64,000 bases of DNA from the NCBI RefSeq assembly GCF_000737315.1, contig NZ_JMCB01000006.1, forward strand, positions 372,001 to 436,000, in the 5' to 3' direction. The translations under genes and the position numbers were made by a program. The DNA comes from Hyalangium minutum. GTDB taxonomy: Bacteria; Myxococcota; Myxococcia; Myxococcales; Myxococcaceae. Positions 27,660-37,019 of the stretch are shown piece by piece (the stretch's first letter is position 1; each line of letters starts with the position of its first letter). A model generated the notes under the pieces. The model made no database searches. It was not told the origin of the DNA and saw only the letters and a program-made list of their open reading frames with translations.

Positions 27660-29414
27660 ATGGATCTCATCATCGAAAATGGCTGGGTCTTCGATGGGCT
27701 CGGAGGTCCGCCCCGCGCGTGCCATGTCGGCATCCAGGGGAGCACCGTGGCCGCGCTCTCCGAAGCGCCGCTTCCCCGCACTCCCGCCACCCGGGTCATC
27801 GATGCGCGCGGGCACTGGGTCATGCCCGGCTTCATCGACCTGCACACGCACTATGACGCCGAGGTGGAGCTGGCTCCCTCGCTCTCCGAGTCCGTGCGGC
27901 ACGGCGTCACCACGGTGGTGCTCGGGAGCTGCTCGCTGAGCCTGGCGATGGGCCCGCCGGAGGATCTCGCGGACATGTTCTGCCGCGTGGAGGCCATCCC
28001 CTACGCCACCGTGCGCTCGCTGCTCGAGGAGCGCAAGAACTGGGACACGCTTGGCGGGTACCTGGAGCACCTGGACTCGCTGCCGCTGGGACCGAACGTC
28101 GCCTCCTTCGTGGGGCACTCGGCGCTGCGGGCGTATGTGATGGGCCTGCACCGCAGCCTCGACCGGAGTGAGCGCCCCAGCCAGGAAGAGCTGGCCCGGA
28201 TGGAGGCGCTGGTCAGCGAGGGCCTCGACCTGGGCTACCTGGGACTGTCCATCCAGACGCTCAAGTGGGACAAGATGGGCGGCACCCGGGACATCCGCAG
28301 CCGCCCTCTGCCCTCCACCTATGCCCACTGGAGCGAGTACCGCCGCCTCACGCGCTTGCTGCGCGAGCGGGGCCGCGTGTTCCAGGGCGTACCGAACATC
28401 AGCACCAAGGTGAATGTGCTGCTCTTCCTGCTGGAGAGCGTGGGCCTCTTCCGCAAGCCGCTGAAGACCACCGTCATCTCGATGATGGACCCGCGCGCCA
28501 GCCGGGGTGTCCATCGGCTCATTGGTGTGCTCTCGCGGACCTTCAACCGGCTGCTGGGAGCGGACTTCCGCTGGCAGGCGTTGCCCGAGATCTTCGACTT
28601 GTGGGCGGACGGTATCGACCTGGTCGTCTTCGAGGAATTCGGCGCGGGCGCCGCGGCCCTGCACCTCCAGGATGCCGCTTCGCGGTCGGAGCTGCTGAAG
28701 GATCCGGTGTACCGCGAGCGCTTCCGGCGGCAGTGGACGAGCCGCTGGTTGCCCAAGGCGTTTCACCGCGACTTCAACCAGTCGGAGATCCTCCAGTGTC
28801 CGGATGCGAGCCTGGTGGGCAAGTCCTTCGCGCAGGTGGCGAAGGAGCAGCATCGGCACGTGGTGGATGTGTTCCTCGACCTGGTGGCCACGCATGGGGA
28901 CGCGCTGCGCTGGTTCACGGTGATGGCCAATGACCGGCCCGACGAGCTGGACTTCATCTGCCAGCACCCGGACGTGCTCATGGGGTTCTCGGACGCGGGT
29001 GCGCACCTGCGCAACATGGCGCACTACAACTTCCCGCTGCGGCTGCTGCGCCGCGTGCGAGAGGCCGAGCGCCGAGGCCACCCCATCATGAGCACCGAGC
29101 GCGCCGTGCACCGGCTCACGGGGGAGATTGCCCAGTGGATGGGGCTGGACGCGGGCGTGCTGGCGCAGGGCAAGCGCGCGGACGTGGTGGTGGTGAACCC
29201 CGAGGGCCTGGACGAGAAGCTCGAGGTGGCCACCGAAGCCCCCATGGAGAACTTCGACGGCTTCGTGCGGCTGGTGCGCCGCAATGACGCGGCGGTGAAG
29301 GCCGTCCTCATCTCTGGACGCGAGGCCGTCCATGAGGGCTCGGTGACACCCTCACTGGGCCGGGAGCGCGGCTTCGGGAAGGTGCTGCGCGCCTACGGCT
29401 CGCCGTCCCAGTAA
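27660..29414 (+). CDS. Amidohydrolase, N-acyl-D-amino-acid deacylase family
   Basis: MDLIIENGWVFDG, MPGFIDLHTHYD, SDAGAH and GKRADVVV. Confidence 0.88.
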   Translation: MDLIIENGWVFDGLGGPPRACHVGIQGSTVAALSEAPLPRTPATRVIDARGHWVMPGFIDLHTHYDAEVELAPSLSESVRHGVTTVVLGSCSLSLAMGPPEDLADMFCRVEAIPYATVRSLLEERKNWDTLGGYLEHLDSLPLGPNVASFVGHSALRAYVMGLHRSLDRSERPSQEELARMEALVSEGLDLGYLGLSIQTLKWDKMGGTRDIRSRPLPSTYAHWSEYRRLTRLLRERGRVFQGVPNISTKVNVLLFLLESVGLFRKPLKTTVISMMDPRASRGVHRLIGVLSRTFNRLLGADFRWQALPEIFDLWADGIDLVVFEEFGAGAAALHLQDAASRSELLKDPVYRERFRRQWTSRWLPKAFHRDFNQSEILQCPDASLVGKSFAQVAKEQHRHVVDVFLDLVATHGDALRWFTVMANDRPDELDFICQHPDVLMGFSDAGAHLRNMAHYNFPLRLLRRVREAERRGHPIMSTERAVHRLTGEIAQWMGLDAGVLAQGKRADVVVVNPEGLDEKLEVATEAPMENFDGFVRLVRRNDAAVKAVLISGREAVHEGSVTPSLGRERGFGKVLRAYGSPSQ

Positions 29415-29543
29415 CTGAGCGGCCTCGTCTATGTCAGCTCCTCAGCACTGTTTGCCTGACCCCATGCGGCTACAGCTCACGGCCCTCGTCGCGGATGCGC
29501 CATGGTACGGTGCCCCTCTTTCGATGAACTCTTGGGAGGAGTA

Positions 29544-30482
29544 ATGGCTTCGATCCAAGCAGTGGTCGTGACTGAAGGGGCTCCCGCCCGACTGGCGATC
29601 ACCCGCGTCGATGCGCCGGCACCTGCGGCAAACGAGGCGCTGATCCGCGTCCGGGCCATCTCGCTCAACCGAGGAGAGATCCGTCGCAGCCAGTCGGCGG
29701 CCGTGGGCTGGCGTCCGGGTTGGGATCTCTCTGGAACTGTGGAGCAGGCCGCCGCAGACGGCTCAAGTCCACCGAAGGGGAGCCGGGTTGTCGGCTTCAT
29801 GCTCTCCGGCGCGTGGGCCGAGCTCGTTGCGGTGCCGTCGAACGCGCTCGCGGTCCTGCCAGAGAACGTGACCTTCGCGCAAGCGGCGACACTGCCAGTG
29901 GCAGGCCTGACGGCGCTGCTAGGAATCGAGCATGGTGGCGGGCTGCTGAGCCGTTCGGTCCTGATCACCGGAGCCTCCGGCGGCGTGGGTGACTTCGCGG
30001 TACAGCTGGCAAAGGCCGCGGGGGCGCGCGTCACGGCACACGTCCGCAGCGAGGCGCGCGCACAACGGCTGAGGGACGTCGGCGCGCACAGCATCGCGCT
30101 GGGCGAGAACCTCAGCGCCGCGCGTGGACCGTTCGACCTCGTGTTCGACGGGGTGGGTGGTGCGCTGCTGGGAGAGGCGCTCGGATTGCTGGGGAAGGGC
30201 GGCATCGCCGTGGCGTACGGCCAGACCGCCGGGCCGACGACGACGTTCAACCTGGCGCAGTTCTACGCGACGGGCGGCGCGCGACTCTACGGGTTCATCC
30301 TGTTCCACGAGCTGTTGAGCCAACCGGCAAGCGGGGGCTTGAAGCGGCTCGCCGAGATGATCTCCGACGGCCGACTCCAGCCGCTCATCGGAGCCGAGGC
30401 GAAGTGGACCGAGATCAGCTCGATGGCGCAGCGCCTTCAGGAGCGCGATTACGCGGGCAAGGCGGTCCTGCACTTCGACTGA
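29544..30482 (+). CDS. MDR-family NAD(P)H:quinone oxidoreductase-like protein
   Basis: GGAGGA RBS, VRAISLNRGE, GWDLSGTV, TLPVAGLTA and ITGASGGVG. Confidence 0.88.
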   Translation: MASIQAVVVTEGAPARLAITRVDAPAPAANEALIRVRAISLNRGEIRRSQSAAVGWRPGWDLSGTVEQAAADGSSPPKGSRVVGFMLSGAWAELVAVPSNALAVLPENVTFAQAATLPVAGLTALLGIEHGGGLLSRSVLITGASGGVGDFAVQLAKAAGARVTAHVRSEARAQRLRDVGAHSIALGENLSAARGPFDLVFDGVGGALLGEALGLLGKGGIAVAYGQTAGPTTTFNLAQFYATGGARLYGFILFHELLSQPASGGLKRLAEMISDGRLQPLIGAEAKWTEISSMAQRLQERDYAGKAVLHFD

Positions 30483-30539
30483 AGTGCGGCCGCGCTTTGG
30501 GCCCTCATAGGGATAGTCCAGGGATCAGAAGGAACATCC

Positions 30540-31175
30540 ATGAGATTGCGTCTCGCAGTGCTGGTGCCGGCAGCACTCCTTGTCGGTAACGGACCGGCGG
30601 ATGGAGCAGAACCTTCTCCTGGAGCAACTCCCGCATCAGGGAAGTGGGTAGGGCAACCAGTTCCAGGACCTGGGGGTGGCGAGGTTCAAACGACCATCTA
30701 CTATGGCCCCTGGCAGTACAGCCAACGGTGGATGGACCTCTGTCGGAGCAAATGCACCTCCGAGGGTCACAAACTCATGGGCTGTATCTGGGTGGCCGAT
30801 ATCAAGACGGACTGGAAGGGCCGGTATCTGGGCTTCCCTGTATACGGAGGAGGCCGGTACGCCATCACGCACTGCTGCTGCGATTACCCCGAAGTGGACG
30901 ACACGGCTTCGCTCCGAGAGCAGTGGACGAGCAAGCGAGAGTCGTTCCGTCGAAAATGGGGAGAAGAATTCGGAGGGTGGCCGAGGAACGGAGACACGAA
31001 CTATCCGGGGCATCACATCCGCGACCTTCTGCATGGAGGAGATCCCGTGGCGGAAGGAAACGTCCTGCCCACTCCTGGCAACGTGCACGACGTGCTCAAT
31101 AAGCAGTACCCCCTTTGCTACAAGGGAGGAGGTCGATGGAGCATGGTCGGTCCCGACAGGCCCTACACGGATTGA
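30540..31175 (+). CDS. Exported HNH-type nuclease toxin with Cys-rich N-terminal domain
   Basis: Signal peptide without lipobox Cys, then C-x3-C...C...CCC domain. C-terminal GHHIRDLLHGG...GNVLP...H motif. SUKH gene follows 5 nt later. Confidence 0.75.
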   Translation: MRLRLAVLVPAALLVGNGPADGAEPSPGATPASGKWVGQPVPGPGGGEVQTTIYYGPWQYSQRWMDLCRSKCTSEGHKLMGCIWVADIKTDWKGRYLGFPVYGGGRYAITHCCCDYPEVDDTASLREQWTSKRESFRRKWGEEFGGWPRNGDTNYPGHHIRDLLHGGDPVAEGNVLPTPGNVHDVLNKQYPLCYKGGGRWSMVGPDRPYTD

Positions 31176-31180
31176 ATCGC

Positions 31181-31657
31181 ATGCCCCTCCAGTCGCTCCT
31201 AGAAGAGCTCTCGCGCCATCACTTCCCGAACCCTCCTGCGACTCCCGATGACATCGACCAGTTCGAGCAGCGAGTAGGCTGGAAGCTGGATCCCGACTTG
31301 CGAACCTTCTACCTCCATTGCAATGGGGGAACGTTGTTCAAGCAGAGACCGGACGCGGACTATCGATTCCTCTCTCTGTCGGAGATTGTCCGCGCCCGGG
31401 TGGCTATCTTCGGCGAGGACAAGGACGAGGACGGCCCTGCCTCGATGTATACCCTCTGCGACCTACAAGACGGCGACTACGTCTTGGTGGAGGTAAGCCG
31501 ACAGGAAGATGGAAGGTACCCGCTGATGGATGGCTGGCACGAGGCTTGGCCCAATCCGAAGCACTGTCAGCAGATCGCCCGCTCCTTCGGAGAGTTCCTG
31601 GAACGGGCGCTCCAAAGCGGCGGGAGTTTCTTCTGGCTGAAGAAGGGCGGAAGCTAA
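31181..31657 (+). CDS. SMI1/KNR4 (SUKH) immunity protein
   Basis: PATPDDIDQFEQRVGWKLDPDLRTFYLHCNGG, FLSLSEI and IARSFGEFLERAL. Confidence 0.88.
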   Translation: MPLQSLLEELSRHHFPNPPATPDDIDQFEQRVGWKLDPDLRTFYLHCNGGTLFKQRPDADYRFLSLSEIVRARVAIFGEDKDEDGPASMYTLCDLQDGDYVLVEVSRQEDGRYPLMDGWHEAWPNPKHCQQIARSFGEFLERALQSGGSFFWLKKGGS

Positions 31658-31672
31658 GGCCGTCTGGATTCA

Positions 31673-33859
31673 TCAACTGTGAGGCACCGCCCGGGTGACG
31701 CGCACGGGCACTCCGCTGAATGCGGCGTTGCCGCAGAGCGCGTCCAGGTGCTGGTCGTCGGTGAGGTCATTCAGGCTCACGCCCGCGTGCTTCTCCGCCA
31801 CGGACAGCTTCACACCGTGGCGGCGGTGGCCATAGCCGTGCGGCAGGCTCACCACGCCTCGCATCACCTCGTCCGTCACGTTCACCGGGACGGAGACCTG
31901 GCCCACCCTCGAGGCGACCACAGCCTCGTCTCCCTCCCCCAGCCCGAGCGCCTTCGCATCCTCCGGGTGCATCATCAGCGTGCAGCGCGGCTTGCCCGTC
32001 ATCAGCATCGGCACGTTGTGCATCCAGGAGTTGTTGTCGCGCAGGTGCCGCCGGCCGATCAGCAGCAGCTCTCCGCTCCCCAACGGAGCCGCGTCTTCCG
32101 GGAAGGCCTCGCGCAGCCGCTTCACATCCTCCACGAAGACCGTGGGCGCCAGCTGGATGCGCTTATCCGGGGTGAACAGCCGCTGCGGCAGGCTTGGCTT
32201 CAGCGGACCCAGGTCCACGCCATGAGGCGCCCGCTTCAGCGCCGAGAGGCTCAGCCCCTTTCGGAATCCCCGAGTCCGGATTCCGTAAGGCCCGGCGCGC
32301 AGGCCCACGTCGAGGAGTCCCTCGGGGCCCAGCCGCTTCAGCGCTTGATAGCTCAGCGTGCCCTTCACGCTGCTCCCATGCCGAAGCACCCCCAACCGGT
32401 GCTTCAGCTCCAAGAGGATCCGCCAGTCGTGCATCACGCTCGGGGGCGGCTCGAACAGCGCGGGCGCGTACCGGGCCGTGTCCCGGATCGCCAGCGCGTG
32501 GAAGGCCACGTCATAGTGCGCACGCTCCAGCGGTGACGGCGGCGGCAGGATGAGGTGCGCGTGCCGCGTCGTCTCGTTGAGGTACGGGTCGATGGACACC
32601 ATGAAGTCCAGCGACGCCAGCGCCTTGTCGAGCTGCCCTCCGTTGGGCGTGGACAGCACCGGGTTGCCCGCGAAGGTGACCAGCGCGCGGATCTGCCCCT
32701 GCCCCTCCGTGAGGATCTCCTCGGCCAGCGCGGCCACCGGCAGCTCGCCCGCGAACTCGGGCAGCCCTCGCACCCGGCTCTTCCACCGCCCGAATCCACC
32801 CCGGCTGCTCGACAGCGCTTTGGGTCCTCCCACCAGGTCGAACGCCGGGCGCGTGAACATGGCACCGCCCTCGCGATCCAGGTTCCCGCTCACCACGTTG
32901 ATGACGTGGATGAGCCACTGGCACAGCCCCCCGAACGCCTGCGTGGACGTGCCCACCCGCCCGTAGCACACCGCCGAAGGCGCCTCGGCGAACTCGCGGG
33001 CAATGCGGCGGATCGTCTCCGCGGGAACTCCCGTCGGCCCCGCAGCCCGCTCCGGCGTGAACTCGCGCGCCAACTCGCGCACCGTCTCCAGCCCCTCCGT
33101 GAACGCCGCCAGGCGCTCCAGCCTGGGCCGCTGCAGCAGCTCGTGGAGCACCGCGAAGAGGAACAGCGCATCCGTGCCCGGCCGGATGAAGAGGTGCTCG
33201 TCCGCGATGCGCGCCGTCTCCGTGCGGCGCGGATCCACCACCACCACCCGTCCGCCGCGCTGCTGGATGCCTCGGAGCCGCGCCCGCACGTCCGGCGCCG
33301 TCATCATGCTCCCGTTCGAAGCCAGCGGGTTCGCCCCCAGCGCCAGCAGGTACCCGGTCCGGTCCAAGTCAGGAATCGGCACCAGCAGTTGGTGACCGAA
33401 CATCAGGTGCGAGGCCAGCAGGTGCGGCAGCTGATCCACCGACGTCGCGCTGTAGCTGTTGCGCGTGCGCAGCGTGCGCAGCAGTTGGGGAACGAAGAGC
33501 ATCGCCCCCACGTTGTGGACCGTAGGGTTGCCCAGGTACACGGCCACCGAGTCCCGGCCCTGCGTGCTCTGCAGCTCGTGCAGCCGCCGCGCCGTCTCGT
33601 CCAGCGCCTCCTCCCACGAGACCGGCACCCAGCCCTGGGCGGTGCGGCGCATCGGCTGGCGCAGCCGCTCCGGATCCTCGTGCAGCTCCTTCAGCGCCAC
33701 CGCCTTGGGGCAGATGTGCCCCCGGCTGAACGGGTCCTCCTCATCCCCTCGGATGGAGGTGATGCGGCCGTTCTCCACCTCGATGCGGACTCCGCACATG
33801 GCCTCGCAGAGGTTGCAGGCGCGGAAATGGGTCTGGGTTCCGGAGGAGGGAGAGGCCAT
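31673..33859 (-). CDS. Cytoplasmic molybdopterin oxidoreductase (DMSO reductase family) catalytic subunit
   Basis: N-terminal CNLCEAMC...CPK [4Fe-4S] motif, GANPLASNGS, VVVDPRRTETA and C-terminal LIGRRHLRDNNSWMH...MHPEDA. No Tat signal. Confidence 0.9.
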   Translation of the reverse strand: MASPSSGTQTHFRACNLCEAMCGVRIEVENGRITSIRGDEEDPFSRGHICPKAVALKELHEDPERLRQPMRRTAQGWVPVSWEEALDETARRLHELQSTQGRDSVAVYLGNPTVHNVGAMLFVPQLLRTLRTRNSYSATSVDQLPHLLASHLMFGHQLLVPIPDLDRTGYLLALGANPLASNGSMMTAPDVRARLRGIQQRGGRVVVVDPRRTETARIADEHLFIRPGTDALFLFAVLHELLQRPRLERLAAFTEGLETVRELAREFTPERAAGPTGVPAETIRRIAREFAEAPSAVCYGRVGTSTQAFGGLCQWLIHVINVVSGNLDREGGAMFTRPAFDLVGGPKALSSSRGGFGRWKSRVRGLPEFAGELPVAALAEEILTEGQGQIRALVTFAGNPVLSTPNGGQLDKALASLDFMVSIDPYLNETTRHAHLILPPPSPLERAHYDVAFHALAIRDTARYAPALFEPPPSVMHDWRILLELKHRLGVLRHGSSVKGTLSYQALKRLGPEGLLDVGLRAGPYGIRTRGFRKGLSLSALKRAPHGVDLGPLKPSLPQRLFTPDKRIQLAPTVFVEDVKRLREAFPEDAAPLGSGELLLIGRRHLRDNNSWMHNVPMLMTGKPRCTLMMHPEDAKALGLGEGDEAVVASRVGQVSVPVNVTDEVMRGVVSLPHGYGHRRHGVKLSVAEKHAGVSLNDLTDDQHLDALCGNAAFSGVPVRVTRAVPHS

Positions 33860-33896
33860 GGCGGGGTACTATACCCACCCGCCGCTCCTTCCCGCC

Positions 33897-35825
33897 TCAG
33901 CCCGTGGCTTGCAGCGTGTTGCCACCCTCGGGCACGTTCTTCGGCCCCGTCACGGTGTCCGCCGGCACGCCGACATCCAGCGTCTCCTGTAGCTCCTCGG
34001 ACAGCCCGTTCAGCAGCAGCAGCACCGACGCGTTCGTCCACGCGAAGCCCAGCGTCCGCTGGGAGCGAGGCTGCATATAAGGACCGCGGTCCGCGCCCTG
34101 GTTGCCGTACTCCACCGGCACGTCCGCCGAGCGCCTCACCACGTCGTACTTCTCCTTGATGAGACCGTTGTGCTGCCCCGCGATGTCCATCACCATCGAC
34201 AGCCAGCGGTACGCCACCTGGTCCGCCTCGGCGTGGAAGCCGTAGCGCCGCAGCCCCTCCACCACGATGATCTGGTGGGGCGCCCAGCCAAACGGCCAGT
34301 CCCACTGCAAGTCTTCCCCGCCCGCCGCCTCGCGCGAGGCCTTGCTGCTCGAGGACACGCCCCCTGGCTGCAGGAAGCGCGAGAGCGACGCGGCCACCGC
34401 CGCCGCCTCTTTGCGCGAAGCCCAGCCCGTCCACAGCGGATAGAAGGTGGCCAGCGACTCGTACTGCGAGCGGCGCCCGTTCACGAAGTCGTGGTCGAAG
34501 AACATCCCCCGCTCCTCGTCCCAGAACCGCGCGCGCATCGTCCGCGCCCGGGTCCTCGCCGCCTTCTCGTACGCGGCCGCCCGCTTCGAGCGGTCACCCT
34601 CCAGCAGCCGCAGGATGCGCGCCAGGTCCAGCTCGTACTGGTACAGCAGCGAGTTGAGGCACACCGGCTCGTGCTGGTGCAGCGCCGTGCCGAAGCGGTG
34701 GCACATGTCCCAGCCGCTCTCGCGGATGGCCCGGTCGTGCCGGTGGAACTCGGCGTTGTCTGGACGCTCGTTGTAGAACGCGGACACGTCCTCCGCGTCG
34801 GGGCCCTCCGCATCATCCTTATAACGAGAGAGCCCGCTCGGCGTGGCGCGAGGGCCGGTACGGAACACCGTCTCCAACTCCTTCATCGCCGCCTTCGCCA
34901 CCCGCTGCAGCATCCGCCGGTCGGGCTGCACCGCGTGGAGCTCCAGCGCCAGCCTCGGCAAGAGCGGCGGCTGCGTCCGCGACAGGTGGAAGCTCAGGTT
35001 CGAGTTGGGAATCTTCCCGTAGTGCTCCAGCGCGTAGACGTGGTTCTCCACCATGCCCCGCACCAGCTCCGCGCGGCCCGAGGCCAGCGCCCCACGCCCG
35101 TTGAAGTAGCTGTCCCAGCCGAACATCTGCATGAACCGGCCGCCCGGGACGATGTACGGGTTCGGCAGGTACGCCATGCCCGGCTCGCGCATCAGCCGCT
35201 GCCAGTCGGCCTGCTCGCGCGGCTTCCGCAGGGGCACCACCTCCCAGCCATGGCGCGCAGCCTGGGCCCGCAGCCGCTTCACGGCCTTCACGTCCTTGGC
35301 GGGGACATACAGGCGCCAGCGGCCATCCGGGCTCTTCACCCGCATGCCCTTGAGCGCCTCGTTCAACTGGTCGAACCGGTCCGCCCGGCGCACCAGCCCC
35401 TCCCAGTTCTGATCCAGGAGCTGCCGCATCGCGGTGGTGCGGCGCTCCAGCAGGCGCGCCACGGGCAGCCCGGGCACATCTCCCCTCCCCGCGAAGATCT
35501 CCTCGGCGAGCACGTCCGCGGCTTGCGCCAGCCGCTCCGGGCTCTTCAGCTCCACGCTCACGCCAGGGCCCAGCTGGAAGTCCACCGCGAAGCGCACCTG
35601 GTGCGCCCGCGCCAGCTCCGCATCCCGCGCCGTGATGCAGCCATCGCGGTCGAGATCCAAAGCCATGAGCACCTCGTAGGCGAGGCGCGCGGTGAAGGTG
35701 CTGGGCGAGAGCCGCGGGAGGGCGTGCGCCGGGGCGCCTGGGACGAGCAGCGATGCGGGAATGCGAGCGGACAGCGGCGCGGAGACCCGAGCCGCAACAG
35801 AGCGAGAATGTGTCAGGGGGGACAT
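33897..35825 (-). CDS. GH37 trehalase with N-terminal EF-hand-like motif (start uncertain)
   Basis: PGGRFMQMFGWDSYF, SRTQPP, RESGWD, QWDWPFGWAPHQ, EKYDV and GFAWTNA. DLDRDGCITARD lies near the N-terminus. Confidence 0.88.
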   Translation of the reverse strand: MSPLTHSRSVAARVSAPLSARIPASLLVPGAPAHALPRLSPSTFTARLAYEVLMALDLDRDGCITARDAELARAHQVRFAVDFQLGPGVSVELKSPERLAQAADVLAEEIFAGRGDVPGLPVARLLERRTTAMRQLLDQNWEGLVRRADRFDQLNEALKGMRVKSPDGRWRLYVPAKDVKAVKRLRAQAARHGWEVVPLRKPREQADWQRLMREPGMAYLPNPYIVPGGRFMQMFGWDSYFNGRGALASGRAELVRGMVENHVYALEHYGKIPNSNLSFHLSRTQPPLLPRLALELHAVQPDRRMLQRVAKAAMKELETVFRTGPRATPSGLSRYKDDAEGPDAEDVSAFYNERPDNAEFHRHDRAIRESGWDMCHRFGTALHQHEPVCLNSLLYQYELDLARILRLLEGDRSKRAAAYEKAARTRARTMRARFWDEERGMFFDHDFVNGRRSQYESLATFYPLWTGWASRKEAAAVAASLSRFLQPGGVSSSSKASREAAGGEDLQWDWPFGWAPHQIIVVEGLRRYGFHAEADQVAYRWLSMVMDIAGQHNGLIKEKYDVVRRSADVPVEYGNQGADRGPYMQPRSQRTLGFAWTNASVLLLLNGLSEELQETLDVGVPADTVTGPKNVPEGGNTLQATG

Positions 35826-35934
35826 CCGGGTGCGTACCTTCGGCGGATGGCTACGAGCCAGCCCCGAGGCTATACGACTTCACCCGTCATGAAGAGATGT
35901 GGGCCCGCAGTTTGACTGGGAGTCCATCCCATTT

Positions 35935-35959
35935 CAACTCAAAACTTTTGAACTCAAAT
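35935..35959. promoter_or_regulatory. AT-rich palindrome/direct repeat in a divergent intergenic region, candidate operator
   Basis: TCAAAA-C-TTTTGA (35939-35951) overlaps two AACTCAAA copies in an AT-rich tract between divergent genes. Confidence 0.35.
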
Positions 35960-36011
35960 AGCAGCGATTTTTGACGGGGTTTTCACAAATAAATCCGTTT
36001 TAACATGACTT

Positions 36012-36869
36012 ATGACGCGGCGCGGAGACGCGGGTTATATGAGCGTGCCTCCGTCAGGTTCACTTCGCGTCTGTCACCGCTTCACAGAGCCCGTGCCCCT
36101 CTCTACGCCTCTGAAATCACTGCTGGCAGTGGCGTCCCTGGTGACGGTCCCGGCGACCGTGGCGCGAATCCACCCCTCGGTCCCAGCGCTCCAAGAGAAG
36201 CTCTCGACGGCCCGGGCGCCTGTCAGCGCAGAGGGCACCTCCATCAGCCGCACCGAGATGAAGGAGGCGCTCGACGCCTTCTGGCGCGATGACGGGATGG
36301 TGGACCCCGATGAGCATGCCGTCGTGGACGGGATGTTGGTGGACCCGGCGTTCCTCAGCGGCGTGAGCGGACCGGCCCGGGAGTACCTCCTGGCGTTCGA
36401 GGAGCTGAACGACTCGAGCGAGGCCTCTCCGCTGTTGCTCCAGCGAGTCACCCGCTCCGGAGCAGAGCTGTTCGGCGCAGCCGGTCCCCTGGCGAGGACG
36501 GCGCGCATGGCCGAGGGGCTCGTCCCCGAGGGCCAGGGCATCATCAACCACGACACCCTGCTCGCCACCTACAGCCAGACGCTCGCGGACCCCGACGCCA
36601 CGGAGGAGCCGTTCTGGTTCGAGCCCATCACCCAGCGGCAGCTCGTGGGCCTGCTCCAGGGCAGCTCGCCCCAGCAGCCGCCGACGCCGGATGAGGTGGA
36701 CGGCGCGATGGCCTACCTCAACCAGGTGGCCCTCGGCAGCGCGCGACTCTACGCGGGGCACTGGCGCGCGCGGCTCCACGGCGAGGAGCTCACCGGCTAC
36801 GTGATCGCGGCCGTCAGCCCGGACCGGCGCATGGTGCGCATGGTGCGGGTACCGAGCGGCACCCACTGA
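36012..36869 (+). CDS. Hypothetical protein (start uncertain: 36012 or 36039)
   Basis: Long ORF with host-like codons, a hydrophobic stretch near the N-terminus and an acidic DDGMVDPDE loop. Confidence 0.65.
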   Translation: MTRRGDAGYMSVPPSGSLRVCHRFTEPVPLSTPLKSLLAVASLVTVPATVARIHPSVPALQEKLSTARAPVSAEGTSISRTEMKEALDAFWRDDGMVDPDEHAVVDGMLVDPAFLSGVSGPAREYLLAFEELNDSSEASPLLLQRVTRSGAELFGAAGPLARTARMAEGLVPEGQGIINHDTLLATYSQTLADPDATEEPFWFEPITQRQLVGLLQGSSPQQPPTPDEVDGAMAYLNQVALGSARLYAGHWRARLHGEELTGYVIAAVSPDRRMVRMVRVPSGTH

Positions 36870-37019
36870 CTTCCCCTGCCGGGAAGCCCGCTTCAAGTGA
36901 CAGCCACTGACCACACGAGGGGGCATCCCCAGCGCCCGCCGGGCTGCCGCCCTATGAATTGGGAGCATCTGTCGTAGAGTCGCGGGCAGCGTCTTTGCCC
37001 TCCCACGAGGAGATGACTT

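Noticed and set aside
35965-36006. Sigma70 promoter from TTGACG and TAACAT
   Set aside because: The hexamers are 24 nt apart, which does not fit a 16-18 nt spacer.
36870-37019. Possible Moco riboswitch upstream of xdhC
   Set aside because: None of the conserved Moco-RNA features could be recognised. An Rfam scan would settle it.
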